Assembly (NCBI RefSeq): GCF_052425735.1
Contig: NC_135759.1
Span: 34,038,001 to 34,102,000 of the forward strand
Source: Oculina patagonica
Taxonomy: Eukaryota
Direction: 5' to 3'
Length of the DNA: 64,000 nt
The notes beneath the pieces were generated by a model. The model was not told the origin of the DNA. It was given only the letters and a program-made list of their open reading frames with translations, and made no database searches. This document shows positions 1-13,252 of this stretch, in pieces. Position 1 is the first letter of the stretch, and the number at the start of each line of letters is the position of its first letter. The position numbers were made by a program, and so were the translations under genes.

Positions 1-737
1 CACCGTCTCCTTTTGTTTTGGTCAGCACCAGGGTCCCGGACTCTGATGAGCACTCTGTGAATGCTCAAAAGCTCGAACCTGCCCAGAGTCTGCATCCTTG
101 GTGCTCTCCATTCTCCCTTAAAGGGTAATAACCTCTCGGGGGAGGGGGATGCAGGTAGGGAGAGGCCTGCCCCTCCTCCCCTTATGACTTCTACAGGCTC
201 CCTTTTAAAAGCAAGCAATGACCCATCTTCTCTTCCGATAGGCCCTTTTGAGCACCTAGCTCCTTTAAATCAGCCACTTATCTACTTTTGGGGCATAATT
301 TAAGAATAATTTGGTGTATAATTTTGAAAATACTGTGGAAACTTCACTTTTCTTTGAAAAGTAGGACTTAAACATCAGCTTTATTAAAGGTAATTTTTTT
401 TTACATCATATAATGGACTGGCATACAGGTAGCAGCCAGTCAGTCAAGAATTGGGATTTTTGAAATTCCTGTTGTTTTGCTGTGCCCTATCTTTTCAGAA
501 CACTAGTTATTTTACTGTACAACAGAACTGCAGAACTGCTAACCTGTACAAACTGGAAAACTGAAGAGTTATTCAAAAAAAACAGAGGATTTGTTTTGAA
601 ACCTAAAAGGTTGGACATTAATATAGCAATAAATCAAAGAAACTGAGCAACTTAATTGTGCTGGTTAGCATACCCTACTTAGGGGTGCTGGTAAAAAACT
701 GGAATTCTCTGAGTTGAAGTTTAGACCAGCCTCCAAC

Positions 738-949
738 GAGGCCTTCCAAGGGGTTCTGGCGACAGGCGACATTGCTCCAAAATAGCTAAAAATGTTGCAA
801 CAACCTTGTTCCAGAGCACCGACAGCCAACAGAACCTTGCACTGAAAGGGTATATATATTTACGACAGTGACAACGTTTCCCTCACTAAATAGGTGACTG
901 GTGCGACAAAGGCAACAAAGCGAAATTACACACCCCCTCGGAAGGCCCT
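738..949. mobile_element. MITE-like element
   Basis: Imperfect TIRs GAGGCCTTCCAAGGGG / CCCCTCGGAAGGCCCT; no ORF. Confidence 0.55.
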
Positions 950-1011
950 TCCAGCAGTGTTGAAATTACTTTAGACTCGATAATATAAGACTGTTGATTT
1001 TCTATCTATAG

Positions 1012-3491
1012 GTCTTAACAGTGTGCAGTTGATTGGTTATTCTGGAGGTGATCCTCTGAAGGGTAGCACCGACTACCAGCCAACCAAGTTCAGCTTAGCG
1101 ACAACACAATATTACCAGTCAAGAGAAGGTAAAGTAAAAGGAACAAAGTGCACTATTTTATAAACTCTATCTTTGATTGTTCTTTAGACAGACTCCACTG
1201 AAAGTTCAAGCAGTAAGTGCAAAAATAAATTATGTATAAAAATGTACTCACAGGGACGGCGGAGCCAAGGGGGGGGGGCTGGGGGGGCTTTAGCCCCCCC
1301 ACTTTTTTCCGAAAAAATAAAGACTTAGAGAAGAGTCTCTTAAGCCCCCCCACTTAAAGTCACTAGTCAGCCCCCTCACCTGGAAAACTGCTCCTCCGTC
1401 CCTGACTCATAGCACAGTTACATTTTGTATACTATTTGGAACATCTCGTTGTAATTCATTTCTCTAATTAACCACGCTATTAAATTCAAATTTGTTAGTT
1501 ATGATTTGTGTGGTGTGTAAGCTACATGTACAATATAGCTAAGGAATTGTCAATATTTTTTGGATTATAATAAAATTTTCACACACCACAAACTCTGATA
1601 AGTGAGGTAATCCATACACAATTCATGATTTATTGCATTTTCCCTTGTACATTTTCACATCTTTCTAAATTAAGTGCAAAAGATCAGATGTCAAAAACTC
1701 ATTCATTGACTGAGGTAGCTCTTTTTGGTACCACAGGGACCTTATTACACAAAGGTGTTGGTATAAATTGAAAATTACTAGTAGTGCCCTGGCCTTGCTA
1801 AAATGTACGTACTGTATTAGTCTGGAAATTTGTTAAACAAAGGTCTGGTAAAAGAGGCCTAAAACTTAAACAAGTTTGACAGTTTACTAAGAAGAAAATT
1901 TCTTATGACGCATCGATACTGGTTTATTCAAGAACTGAAAGGAATGAATTTATGCCATTCTTTTGTTGTTCAAAGGTCATTTTGTTGATCTGTGAGTGCA
2001 CCCTCATAATTGTAGCATAGCTTACACAATACAGAAACATCACATGACACTGCATTTTTAGGGGTTGTTTAGTCACATTTATAATTTTCACTTAGTTGTT
2101 TATCATCATCTGTGCAGAGAGTAATTTACTTTTCCTGATTTAATTTTTAGAACAAAAATTGGAAAGCAAGACCCAGTGGCACAATGTAGCAGTTTTCAAA
2201 CCTTGGTTACAAGATACCGTGAACTCCTATGTCAGGAAAGGGTAATGCTGTTCACTGAGGTGTTTTTGATGAATAACTCGCTGATTACCATGTTAACATT
2301 ATAGAACTGTTATCAGTAAAGTGTCGTAAATCCAAAACCAAAGTAATTACTCTGACCAATCACAAGGGCAACTTACAATGTAGTTAACCAATCAAAACTC
2401 GAAGTAATTACATGTAGCTGTCACTAAGTGCACAAAAACTGTGTGAGTAAACTCACAATAGTTGGTTTTGGCTTTGCTTCTAATTGGCTGAGAAAATGGT
2501 GGGATACTTTTGAGCCAATCAATAAGCGTAGTAATGCAAAACCAAAATAAAAGCAACTTATTTTGGACACTCAAGTGAAAACCGCTCTAACATAGAACTA
2601 AATGGGGAACTGAAACCTAGGGTTGCAAGTGACCTACAGAGTTAAAAGTTAGAGCCATCATGCTACTGTCAAAAATAAGCACCCCCCCCCCCAAAAAAAA
2701 AAAAATAATAATAATAATAATAATGATAATAAACTGCACCATTAGCAAAGTTCTTTATAATTACCCCAAGAGAACAATAGATAAAAAACACAAACAATAC
2801 CAGGAATGAACGTTTATTTGTTTGTCTCATGATAGAATCGCTTTGAGATGTTGATCGCGACATTTGGACTGCAATACTGCTAGTCTTCATCGCCTGATGA
2901 AGATTAGCAATATTGCAGTCGAAACATCTATGAACAATATTCACATCTTTGATAACAAATAATGCCCCTTGCTCTAGAAACAAAAGAGGCGCAGACTAAC
3001 AAAAAAAAAATGAAAGTAACAAACTGACTTTGGAGCTTGATAACCGGCCTATTGTTTTTGCTTTTTCCATAGAACTCGACTGTTTATTCAAGGGCATATA
3101 GACTACAGCAACTATGTTGACCAGGAAGGCATTAAAAGGTTTAACACAAGTATCATTCCTGGTAAGGATCTTAGAACTGAACTTTTGCAATTTATTCCCA
3201 CAGCGTTTTTTTTTTAAGGTTACCGTAACATCTTGTGCTCTTGTTGATATTTAGCCAAAGTTCGTAATGAGAGTGTAGAGCATAAAAATTGATGTAATTT
3301 CTAATGCCAACAGGGGGGGGGGGGGGTCCAAGCCAAAAAAAAAAACCACTTATGTGTAGGGGTGGTGGCAGGGGGAATGGATGTCTTTTTTGGAACTGCA
3401 CAATAGGTATAATACATTCTGTTACTTTTTTGCAGACAATATTATTATTCTATCTCAACCTGTATCAATGGAGGAAGAAACTGGCTATTAG
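1012..3491 (+). CDS. SSBP1: Mitochondrial single-stranded DNA-binding protein, last four coding exons (5' exons not identified, probably upstream of window)
   Basis: Exons 1012-1128, 2151-2241, 3073-3161 and 3436-3491 have AG/GT boundaries with consistent phases. They splice to LNSVQLIGYSGGDPLKGSTDYQPTKFSLATTQYYQSREEQKLESKTQWHNVAVFKPWLQDTVNSYVRKGTRLFIQGHIDYSNYVDQEGIKRFNTSIIPDNIIILSQPVSMEEETGY*, which carries the SSB OB-fold motifs (NxVxLxG, FSLAT, WH, KG..L...G.I). Confidence 0.93.
1251..1404. mobile_element. MITE with CA..TG ends and 5-bp TSD (hAT5-like)
   Basis: TIR CAGGGACGGCGGAGC / GCTCCTCCGTCCCTG; flanked by ACTCA on both sides. Confidence 0.7.
2301..2589. mobile_element. ~290-bp interspersed MITE-like repeat, copy 1
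   Basis: Colinear with 23401-23685 (CCAAAACCAAAGTAATTACTCTG.CCAATCAC ... ACACTCAAGT.AAAACCGCTCTA). Confidence 0.75.
2859..2928. ncRNA. Candidate minimal hammerhead ribozyme core in inverted duplicate (Penelope-like element remnant)
   Basis: + strand CTGATGA-AGATTAGCAATATTGCAGTC-GAAAC at 2894-2925. An inverted, slightly degenerate copy lies at 2859-2892. Confidence 0.5.
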
Positions 3492-3662
3492 CTTAGTACT
3501 GATAAATATTAAATGATTGTATATTATTGTAAGTTGTTCTAGTAAGCTGTACCTTAGTTAACAAGAATCTGAGGATAATGTTACAAGACACTTTTTTGTA
3601 CTGATAGTCGTTTTCCAGAGCTCAGATTTAGGTGCATAAGGTGTACAAATTCTTAGCTTGTT

Positions 3663-3879
3663 CAACCCTCCAAGTTTATTTTTTTCCTTAGTGGCCATTT
3701 GGCCACTGACTGCTCAAGTTTGGTCGCCACTGAAAAATTTTAGTTGCTAAATTAAGCTCACGATTCAATCCTTCTTCTCAATTTTGGTCGCCAGTCTGGC
3801 GACTTCGGTTCCAATTTAGTTGCCAGCTCCAAAATTTTGGTCGCCATGGCGACTAAAATGGTCTTAACTTGGAGGGTTG
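3663..3879. mobile_element. MITE with 5-bp TSD (hAT5-like), downstream of SSBP1 stop
   Basis: Perfect TIR CAACCCTCCAAGTT / AACTTGGAGGGTTG; TTGTT on both flanks; internal TTTGGTCGCCA repeats. Confidence 0.8.
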
Positions 3880-5308
3880 TTGTTTAAATTCCTTTCATTT
3901 TTCTTAGTTTTAAAATAATTATTGGTAAGCATGCAAAAAGATATGAGAATCTTTGAATCACTATATGTGCTAGTTTAAAAAAGTGTTGTAAGGGATAACT
4001 GTATACTGTTGTTTAGATACATTGGATGAAAAAAAGCTTTTAATGTTGTGTACTTTATTAATTCAAAAGTGATGAAAAATTTGTGACAGCTCTTTCACTG
4101 TCAAAAGCGTATGAACATTGAAAAATGATTTAGTTCATTGAGCTTTCATGTGCTATTGAAGCATATAGGTAGCAAAGCTTTGTTGGTTCAATTATACCTT
4201 GAGACACCATTGATACAGTCAAACCAATACAGCTGAATTAACTGTTCATTCAGATTGTAGAGAGGTGCCCATTGTTAAGAGGATTCAATCGATTCAATCG
4301 ATTTAGCCGTTGTTCGGGGAATAAGGGACAAACACCGGCAGAATTCGTGCCTATGTATGGTTGGGAAAAAACCTCCTGGCTGCTATAGAGAGGTTGCTGT
4401 TAGGTTTGGCTGTCGTTAGCTTTCGTTATGTTACTTAGGTTCAACTGTATTCAACAATACAAAAAAACAGTAAATTTTTAGTGCATTTACTTTTGCCGTA
4501 CCTGTCTTTTCTTGAACTAAGGTTCATAACTGAAGCAGTTGGAAACACTGCACGGATTTTTGAAGTACACTTCATCGTTGTGGAATTTAATTTTTCGGCT
4601 TTGTATGGAGTTCTGTGAGGCTTTCCGACTTTGGGGTGCTTTTTTGAACAAAACGTCAAACAACACACTCGCCAACAAGTTGTTGTGTTGTGCTTCTTTG
4701 GAGTGACTGGGGAACGTTTTGCATCATTACTCAGTTTAAAAGTGGGTCAGACCAACCCACTTCTTTAGCAGTTCTTCGGTCTTCTCCCTGGCGGCCGATC
4801 AACGTGGCTACCCTTTCATATCCGCCCTCATTCTGTTCCACGTACGTTATTTACAAAAACGGGGGCGTGACCAAGTGGTCCTCGCCCGAGCCCCTCTTGT
4901 TAGAAGCTCCTCCGCCAAAATAACCTGCGCACGAAATCCCGCCAGCCACGTAGGCTTAAATGGTCCGGACGAATCAGGCGCGTAGCTGAGGTTTTTTGGA
5001 AGGGTGTTCGTATTGACAGGAATATTTATTTGGGGGTTATTAAATACGAGCGCCGAAGGCGCGAGCCTCTAGGGGGGTCTGGGGGCATGTCCCCCCAGAA
5101 TCATTTGAAATCTAGAGGCCCGGAAATGCTATTTTCAGCATTGTGCACGTCAATATTTCAAACTCGATGGAGTTCAAAATAACAGGTATTTTTAGTCATA
5201 ACAACAATATTTCCGGCATTTTGTTTACTTGATACATTCATACATACATACCGGCTTAGTACACTAAACGTTTAACAAAAGCTTGACGTGTGCTGCAAAG
5301 GCATCTTA

Positions 5309-5830
5309 GGGCCTGTTTACATGATTCCGGAATGAAACTCGTTCCGGAATGAAGTTCGTTCTGCATTTACATGACAGAGTCGACCGGTTCAACCAAACGC
5401 ATTTTCACGTGCGTGGTTTTCGCGCGAGATCAAAACTAGGTGGCGCATGATTCGCGCAAACATGTTTTTGTGCCCATTAATGGCCGTATCTGCAATTTTA
5501 ACGGGTAATTTGACCATAGAGCTGCTGCTTTGGGCTAAACAGTAAATGCTTTTACGTTTTTCGCTCTGAATTCAAACTGTGGAGTCCGTATGCGGTTTCG
5601 CGAGTTGCAGTTTCATCTCGGAACGAAATTGGTTCTGTGTTTACATGATACCAGAATGAAATGTCATTCCAGAACGAAACTTTAATTCCGGAATGAAAAC
5701 CGGAATGAACTCATTCCGGAATGACTTGACTTTCGTCTCGGTATCATGTAAACAGATACAGAGAAATGTCTGGGGATGGAATGAACTCGTTCCGGAATGA
5801 AAGTCATTCCGGAATCATGTAAACAGGCCC
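5309..5830. mobile_element. PIF/Harbinger (Tourist-like) MITE
   Basis: TIR GGGCCTGTTTACATGATTCCGGAATGA / TCATTCCGGAATCATGTAAACAGGCCC; TTA on both flanks. Confidence 0.85.
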
Positions 5831-5858
5831 TTAGGGTTAATGCTTAAGCCCTACCGCA

Positions 5859-5929
5859 TAGCCTCCCACGCAGTCCTTCTTAGGGGCGATCAACACGATC
5901 GCCCCTAAGAACGACTGCGTGGGAGGCTA
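5859..5929. repeat. Short palindromic (hairpin) repeat
   Basis: TAGCCTCCCACGCAGTC.TTCTTAGGGGCGATC ... GATCGCCCCTAAGAACGACTGCGTGGGAGGCTA, near-perfect fold-back. Confidence 0.75.
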
Positions 5930-6998
5930 TCCACCCCCCGGCTCTACCGTCAATGTACTAAAAGCAGAGTCAAAGCGTCAATATGCACTAAATATGCACG
6001 TATCACCTGGGTCCCCCAAATTGTATTCCCCTCCTTTTGTCTATTGATACTCCATTTATCACATCCCGAACGCCTGTTTAGGAAATGTTTTTCAACGACG
6101 GGATTAATATTTATTTTGACTACATATAATACTAGGTCACTAGGATATATTGAGGTCACTTATTTACTAATTCACTACAAGACTATTCGTAAAGCAAACT
6201 TGGGGCGTGTTTAAAACACGAAATGGCGAAATGACGAAATGGCGAAACGGCGAAATGGCGAAATGACAAAAATTAGCAAAATGATAAGATAAACACACGT
6301 AAATAATATAGTTTGGTTTCCCTTGGAACTTCAAGGCAGTTCTGTTTACATTCTAGAGTGAATTATTTCAAGGGAACATTTCAATCTTCTTGCCCAGTAA
6401 TATAATAAATACTTCTCACTTGACAACGCCAAATTGAACGTATTGCTGAAAGGTCGCAGCAAACCAGGATATTTTTTTCATTTAGTACTTGCCAAGTTGC
6501 CTATCAGTATCTGCACTGCACTACAGAGCTTAAATTGTACCGAAGGACTGATATAGACATCGAACGTTACTCCGTTTCTGTACAAAGAACGTTTGCCACT
6601 GATATCGTGTATAAACTTTATCGCGAAGTAGGTTCGGTTTTGTTAATCCATTTCTTGTGAATATTGGAGCTCAAAGCATTACTTCTTAGCCGAGACTCGG
6701 TGGCAAATACGAGATAAACAAATCATTTTCTTCCTATGCTAAACGAAACGCCGACACCTCGATCAAGAATGTCCTAGGCATATCAAACAGCGCCCTGTTA
6801 ACAGGGAGAGACTGGAATCCAAATTACCCATAGTTATATTGACGGAATTTGTGATTGCAGTTTCTTTTATTTTTCGGGACTTATCTACAAGGATAAATTT
6901 GGCAACATATGAAAATTCCAGTAGAACGGTAATATCGTATAACTTTGGCTTTTATCTTCAGTATCATTTCGTCATTTCGCCATTTCGCCATTTCGTGT

Positions 6999-8555
6999 CA
7001 GGCGGTGTTGGACACGACTCGCAAAGCATGCCGGAAGAAATTTTCAATTGCACTTATTATCGTCTGATCGCCGATCTGTAAACATCTCCTCGCGGTGCGA
7101 AGATATTCCAATGCTGAAAAATATATCGTAGGAAATCCATATCAAATCTTTCGCGAGCCTAGTAGCACCTATAGATGATCATAGATGCGTATGGCTGGAT
7201 TCATAAAGGCGACATTTTACGGCGGAACAACTCATATTTTGGATTCGAAACATCGCGGTTCGTCGACTATGAGAAATATTATTTGATTCTAGCACGTTTG
7301 TGATCGAAGTAAACGGGCTTAAATTGAACTTATCTTTGGCGCTTTGTTTTTCAGAAATGTCGAGTTATGTATGAAGTACGTCGATGTACTACTGGCCAAC
7401 GCAGTTCGCCCTATCATGGTTTTTGATGGATTTTCGCTTGGTTGTTTTACTTGAAGGGCCCAACGGCCGTTTTGATATAATATGCCGAGTATCGGCGAAA
7501 CAAAATGATGATATTCGTCTTCTTGAATAGATAGGTGGAACACATGCATATTTCTCGTTCTTCGAGCGAGCTGCGCGGAGGATAAGTGGAACACATATAT
7601 ATTTATCGTTCTTAAAGCGTGCTGCGCGAAGGATAAGTGGAGTACATACACTGATTTTTCATTGTTAAAGCACGTTGCGCTAAGGATAAGTGGAATACGT
7701 GTATATTTTTCGTTCTTAAAGCGGGTGCGCGAAGTATAAGTGGAATACATGCAAATGTCTCGTTCTTACTAAAGCGTGTTGCGCGAAGGATAAGTGGAAT
7801 ACATGTGTATTTCTCGTTCATAAAGCATGTTGAGCGAAGGATAATTATTCGGGGACTGCGGGAGCATTATAGTTCAACTGCTTGTGGCTGGGGAATCGCT
7901 CCGACATGCCGAATATCGGCCAATCAAAAGGATGATATAAACACTACAATAACAAAAATGGCAAGTGAACATTAAAATATAAATACACATCAACGGAGAG
8001 TACCAAATTAAGCCCTTGTCCTGTAAGAACATCGACATAAATCACACTATCAACTCCCGCAAAATGCCGCGAAATGGAAGAGAACTAAGTGACATGTCAA
8101 GGAAAAAACCCCAACTTCAAGTCCAAATTTGACCGTTAAAACGGCGGGGCCCGCCCGGGCCCACCGTACTTTTCCTGAAGTTCAACTATCGAACTTAAGT
8201 TCTATGCAAAAATAATCTACAGTACTGATCCTTGTTTGTCAAGAAATGAGCAAATGTTCATCGACGTCGAACGCTTGCGCCAAACAACCCTTTACCATAT
8301 GGCATGATTTCAATCGACTAGTTTTGAGAGAAAAATCGCTTCCCTTAATTCAGAACTTGACAGATGACTGGCTTAGGTATTATTCTTCCAGCTCCAATAA
8401 AATAATCCGTAACAACCGTTAAAGTTTCGCCGGAATCGCACGAAGAAGATGAGACCTTCTCAAAATCCCGCGACAAAATTGTCCGCCATTGCTTCCACCA
8501 AGGTGACAAATGATTGGTCGAAAAATGTCACGTGAACCGTGTCCAACACCGCCTG
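6999..8555. mobile_element. Non-autonomous DNA transposon nested in the right TIR of the Mutator-like element
   Basis: TIR CAGGCGGTGTTGGACACG / CGTGTCCAACACCGCCTG; 9-bp TSD ATTTCGTGT at 6990-6998 and 8556-8564. Confidence 0.85.
7530..7844. repeat. ~51-bp tandem repeat, ~6 copies
   Basis: Unit ~GATAAGTGGAATACATGTATATTTCTCGTTCTTAAAGCGTGTTGCGCGAAG. Confidence 0.85.
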
Positions 8556-11500
8556 ATTTCGTGTTTTAAACACGCCCGCAAACTTGACAATTGCATCATC
8601 CTCGGGTGGAGGCCTTGAAATAGATTGACAATTTCGTCCAGATCGACAGGCATATCATACTTGATATGCATGAGAGCCAGTGAGGAGAGCCCATTCTCCT
8701 AACAATTTAATACTTTCCCGATACTTTTAGCGTTTTCTTGTAGGGTAATTTAAAAGCTGCAACACTCAAAGTTTGTTTTCCATTCCCCCACTATTTGCTA
8801 AAAGCTGAAAATCAACAGTTTGTGTTTTCAGTCCTCTATTATTGACCTCCAAAGGGGGGTTCGTTCGAACCCCTCGAACCCCCCCCCCTCCTACACGCCT
8901 GCGAACAACGCCCGAGTCTAGAGCAGATATACATGTAGCCCAACGGTTCCTTCAAGTTATGAGTTAGACTTGCCACAAGTAGACCTCACGAAGACGAAGG
9001 ACTTTATTGAAAGTCTAGTTATGAGTCTACTATCTGTCAAGACGGAAATACACTTTGTCACTGTTATTGATCATTTTCATTGTGTTCTCGTACAACGCAT
9101 ATTTAATTAACGTGCTTATATGGGAATTTAATAGATGTTCAATATTCTTCGTAAAATAAGAGTCGTCAACAATTTTATTTCTGTAAGCTTAAAGATACAT
9201 GGCCAAAAAATTACTGAACAAAAGTACCGTTTTTAGTTTTTTTTTCCATACTCTGATATGTCTGCTCATTATCCCGCGAACTTCTTTCTTATCTTAGAGA
9301 AAAATATGTCAAGAAAATGTTTCGATGAAGGAAACGTTTTACGGGGGTCGGACAAGAGAATATACAAATATTGAAAATTTTGAGAGTCAGTGAGAGAAGA
9401 AGCGAGATCAATTACTGACCAACAACTTCCGTCAAGTGAACTTAAAATGTGGTCCGGATGCACAAAATTTGTATCTCAAATAACTATTCAGGACCTATTC
9501 AGTCTGATTATATAAAAGCACGCCTCTCTTATTCATTTTAAAACGGACTACCATGATCAGAAATCTTTCTACCCAAGTCTTCTCAATGTTGCCAGGGTTT
9601 GTTATTATACTTTTAATGAGCTATTTTGTATTTTATGCATTTTTGGCATATACTCCATGCTATGCTCCATATAGTCACCCAGCTATCCTGTAATACTCTA
9701 TGAATATCCCTGTAAACCCCTGTATATTTGTATAAACCTTTGTATACCCCTGTATACTTCTGTAAACCCCTGTATTTGTATAAACCTTTGTATACCCCTG
9801 TATACTCCTGTAAACCCCTGTATACCCCTGAATACTTATGTAAATCTCTGTATACTTGTGTAAACCTCTGTATACCCTTGTATACTTATGTAAACCTCTG
9901 TATACCCCTGTATACTTATGTAAGCCTCTGGATACCCCTGTATACTTATGTAAACCTCTGTATACCCCTGTATACTTGTGTAAACCTCTGGATACCCCTG
10001 TATACTTATGTAAACCTCTGTATACCCTTGTATACTTATGTAAACTCCTGTATACTTATGTAAACCTCTGTATACCCTTGCACACTTATGTAAACCTCTG
10101 TATACCCTTGTATGCTCCTGTATACCCCTGTATACTCGTGTAAACCTCTGTATACCCCTGTATACCCCTGTATACTTATGTAAACCTCTGGATACCCCTG
10201 TATACTTATGTAAACCTCTGTATACCCTTGTATACTTATGTAAACTCCTGTATACTTATGTAAACCTCTGTATACCCTTGCACACTTATGTAAACCTCTG
10301 TATACCCCTGTATACCTATGTAAACCTCTGTATACCCCTGTATACTTATGTAAACCTCTGTATACCCCTGTATACTTATGTAAACCTCTGTATACCCCTG
10401 TATACTTGTGTAAACCTCTGGATACCCCTGTATACTTATGTAAACCCCTGTATACCCCTGTATACTTATGTAAACCCCTGTAAACCTCTGTATACTTATG
10501 TAAAACTCTGTATACCCCTGTATACTTATGTAAACCCCTGTAAACCTCTGTATACTTATGTAAACCTCTGTATACCCCTGTATACTTGTGTAAACCTCTG
10601 GATACCCCTGTATACTTATGTAAACCTCTGTATACCCCTGTACACTCCTGTAAACCTCTTTATACCCCTGTACACTCCTGTAAACCCCTGTATACCCCTG
10701 TATACTTATGTAAACTCCTGTATACTTCTGTAAACCTCCCCTGTATACTCCTGTAAACCTGTATACCCCTGTATAATTATGTAAACTCCTGTCTACTTGT
10801 GTAAACCTCTGTATACCCTTGCACACTTATGTAAACCTCTGTATACCCCTGTATACTTGTGTAAACCTCTGGATACCCCTGTATACTTATGTAAACCTCT
10901 GTATACCCCTGTATACTTATGTAAACCTCTGTATACCCCTGTATACTTATGTAAACCTCTGTATACCCCTGTATACTTATGTAAACCTCTGTATACTTGT
11001 GTAAACCTCTGTATACCCCTGTATACTTATGTAAACCTCTGTATACCCCTGTATACTTGTGTAAACCTCTGTATACCCTTGTATACTTATGTAAACCTCT
11101 GTATACCCCTGTATACTTGTGTAAGCCTCTGGATACCCCTGTATACTTATGTAAACCTCTGTATACCCCTGTATACTTATGTAAACCTCTGTATACCCTT
11201 GTATACTTATGTAAACTCCTGTATACTTATGTCAACCTCTGTATACCCCTGTATACTTGTGTAAACCTCTGGATACCCCTGTATATACTTATGTAAACCT
11301 CTGTATACCCCTGTATACTTATGTAAACCTCTGTAAACCTCTGTATACTTATGTAAACCTCTGTATACCCCTGTATACTTATGTAAACCCCTGTAAACCT
11401 CTGTATACTTATGTAAACCTCTGTATACCCCTGTATACTTATGTAAACCTCTGGATACCCCTGTATACTTATGTAAACCTCTGTATACCCCTGTATACTT

Positions 11501-12530
11501 ATGTAAACCTCTGTATACCCCTGTATACTTGTGTGAACCTCTGTATACCCCTGTATACTTGTGTAAACCTCTGGATACCCCTGTATACTTATGTAAACCT
11601 CTGTATACCCCTGTATACTTATGTAAACCTCTGTATACCCCTGTATACTTATGTAAACCTCTGTATACCCCTGTATACTTATGTAAACCTCTGTATACTT
11701 GTGTAAACCTCTGTATACCCTTGTACACTTATGTAAACCTCTGTATACCCCTGTATACTTATGTAAACCTCTGTATACTCCTGTACACTTATGTAAACCT
11801 CTGTATACCCTTGTATACTTATGTAAACCTCTGTATACCCCTGTATACTTATGTAAACCTCTGTATACTTGTGTAAACCTCTGTATACCCTTGTACACTT
11901 ATGTAAACCTCTGTATACCCCTGTATACTTATGTAAACCTCTTTATATCCTTGTATACTTATGTAAACCTCTGTATACCCTTGTATACTTATGTAAACCT
12001 CTGTATACCCCTGTATACTTATGTAAACCCCTGTATACCCCTGTATACTTATGTAAACCTCTGTATACCCTTGTATACTTATGTAAACCTCTGTATACCC
12101 TTGTATACTTATGTAAACCTCTGTATACCCTTGTATACTTATGTAAACCTCGGTATACCCTTGTATGCTCCTGTATACCCCTGTATACCCCTGTATACTT
12201 ATGTAAACCTCTGTATACTCTTGTATACTTATGTAAACCTCTGTATACCCCTGTATACTCCTGTAAACCCCTGTATACCCCTGTATACTTATGTAAACCT
12301 CGGTATATCCTTGTATGCTCCTGTATACCCCTGTATACTCCTGTATACCCCTGTATACTTATGTAAACCTCTGTATACCCTTGTATACTTATGTAAACCT
12401 CTGTATACCCCTGTATACTCCTGTAGACCTCTGTATACCCTTGTATACTTATGTAAACCTCTGTATACCCCTGTATACTCCTGTAAACCTCTGTATACCC
12501 TTGTATACTTATGTAAACCTCGGTATACCC

Positions 12531-12843
12531 TTTTATACCATGCCATAGAAAATACAGCCAATCAGAATACAGGAAAGCCGTTGTATATTCGACGGTATTC
12601 AACCCAACCTTCCCATCGTGCGCTGCGATTGTATTCTCGACGAAATTTAGTACGCGTATTTTCTATGGCATGGTATAAAATAGTTACACAACACTTTCTC
12701 GTGGTATACTATGGAATATCCCACTTGTCACTTGTATTTTCTTGGTATACACACTCGCCTAAAGGCTCGTGTGTATACCGAGAAAATACAAGTGATCGTG
12801 GGATATTCCATAGTATACCACTCGAAAGCGTTGCATAACTAGT
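12531..12843. mobile_element. ~310-bp double-hairpin insert, copy 1
   Basis: Interrupts the minisatellite. Hairpin A: TTTTATACCATGCCATAGAAAATAC...GTATTTTCTATGGCATGGTATAAAA. Hairpin B: TAGTTA...TAACTA. No TSD seen. Confidence 0.75.
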
Positions 12844-13252
12844 ATGTATGCTCCTGTATACCCCTGTATACTCCTGTATACCCCTGTATACTTATGTAAA
12901 CCTCTGTATACCCCTGTATACTCCTGTAGACCTCTGTATACCCTTGTATACTTATGTAAACCTCTGTATACCCCTGTATACTCCTGTAAACCCCTGTATA
13001 CCCCTGTATACTTATGTAAACCTCGGTATACCCTTGTATGCTCCTGTATACCCCTGTATACTCCTGTATACCACTGTATACTTATGTAAACCTCTGTATA
13101 CCCTTGTATACTTATGTAAACCTCTGTATACCCCTGTATACTCCTGTAGACCTCTGTATACCCTTGTATACTTATGTAAACCTCTGTATACCCCTGTATA
13201 CTCCTGTAAACCTCTGTATACCCTTGTATACTTATGTAAACCTCGGTATACC

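Larger units (their letters stand above)
6203..8577. mobile_element. Mutator-like non-autonomous element, 9-bp TSD
   Basis: TIR GGGCGTGTTTAAAACACGAAAT / ATTTCGTGTTTTAAACACGCCC; TSD GCAAACTTG at 6194-6202 and 8578-8586; subterminal CGAAATGG repeats. Confidence 0.85.
4975..8901. mobile_element. Non-autonomous DNA transposon hosting nested insertions
   Basis: Ends CAGGCGCGTAG / CTACACGCCTG; flanks CGAAT / CGAAC (5-bp TSD with 1 mismatch); G/C-run subterminal motifs. Confidence 0.55.

Noticed and set aside
20-105. CTGATGAG hammerhead-like core at 43-50
   Set aside because: The stem is followed by TCAAAA rather than GAAA, and the region is explained by a palindromic repeat (AGCACCAGGG..ACTCTG / CAGAGT..CCTTGGTGCT).
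7319-7821. ORFs over the 51-bp array
   Set aside because: Open only because the unit is 17 codons; lies inside a non-autonomous transposon.
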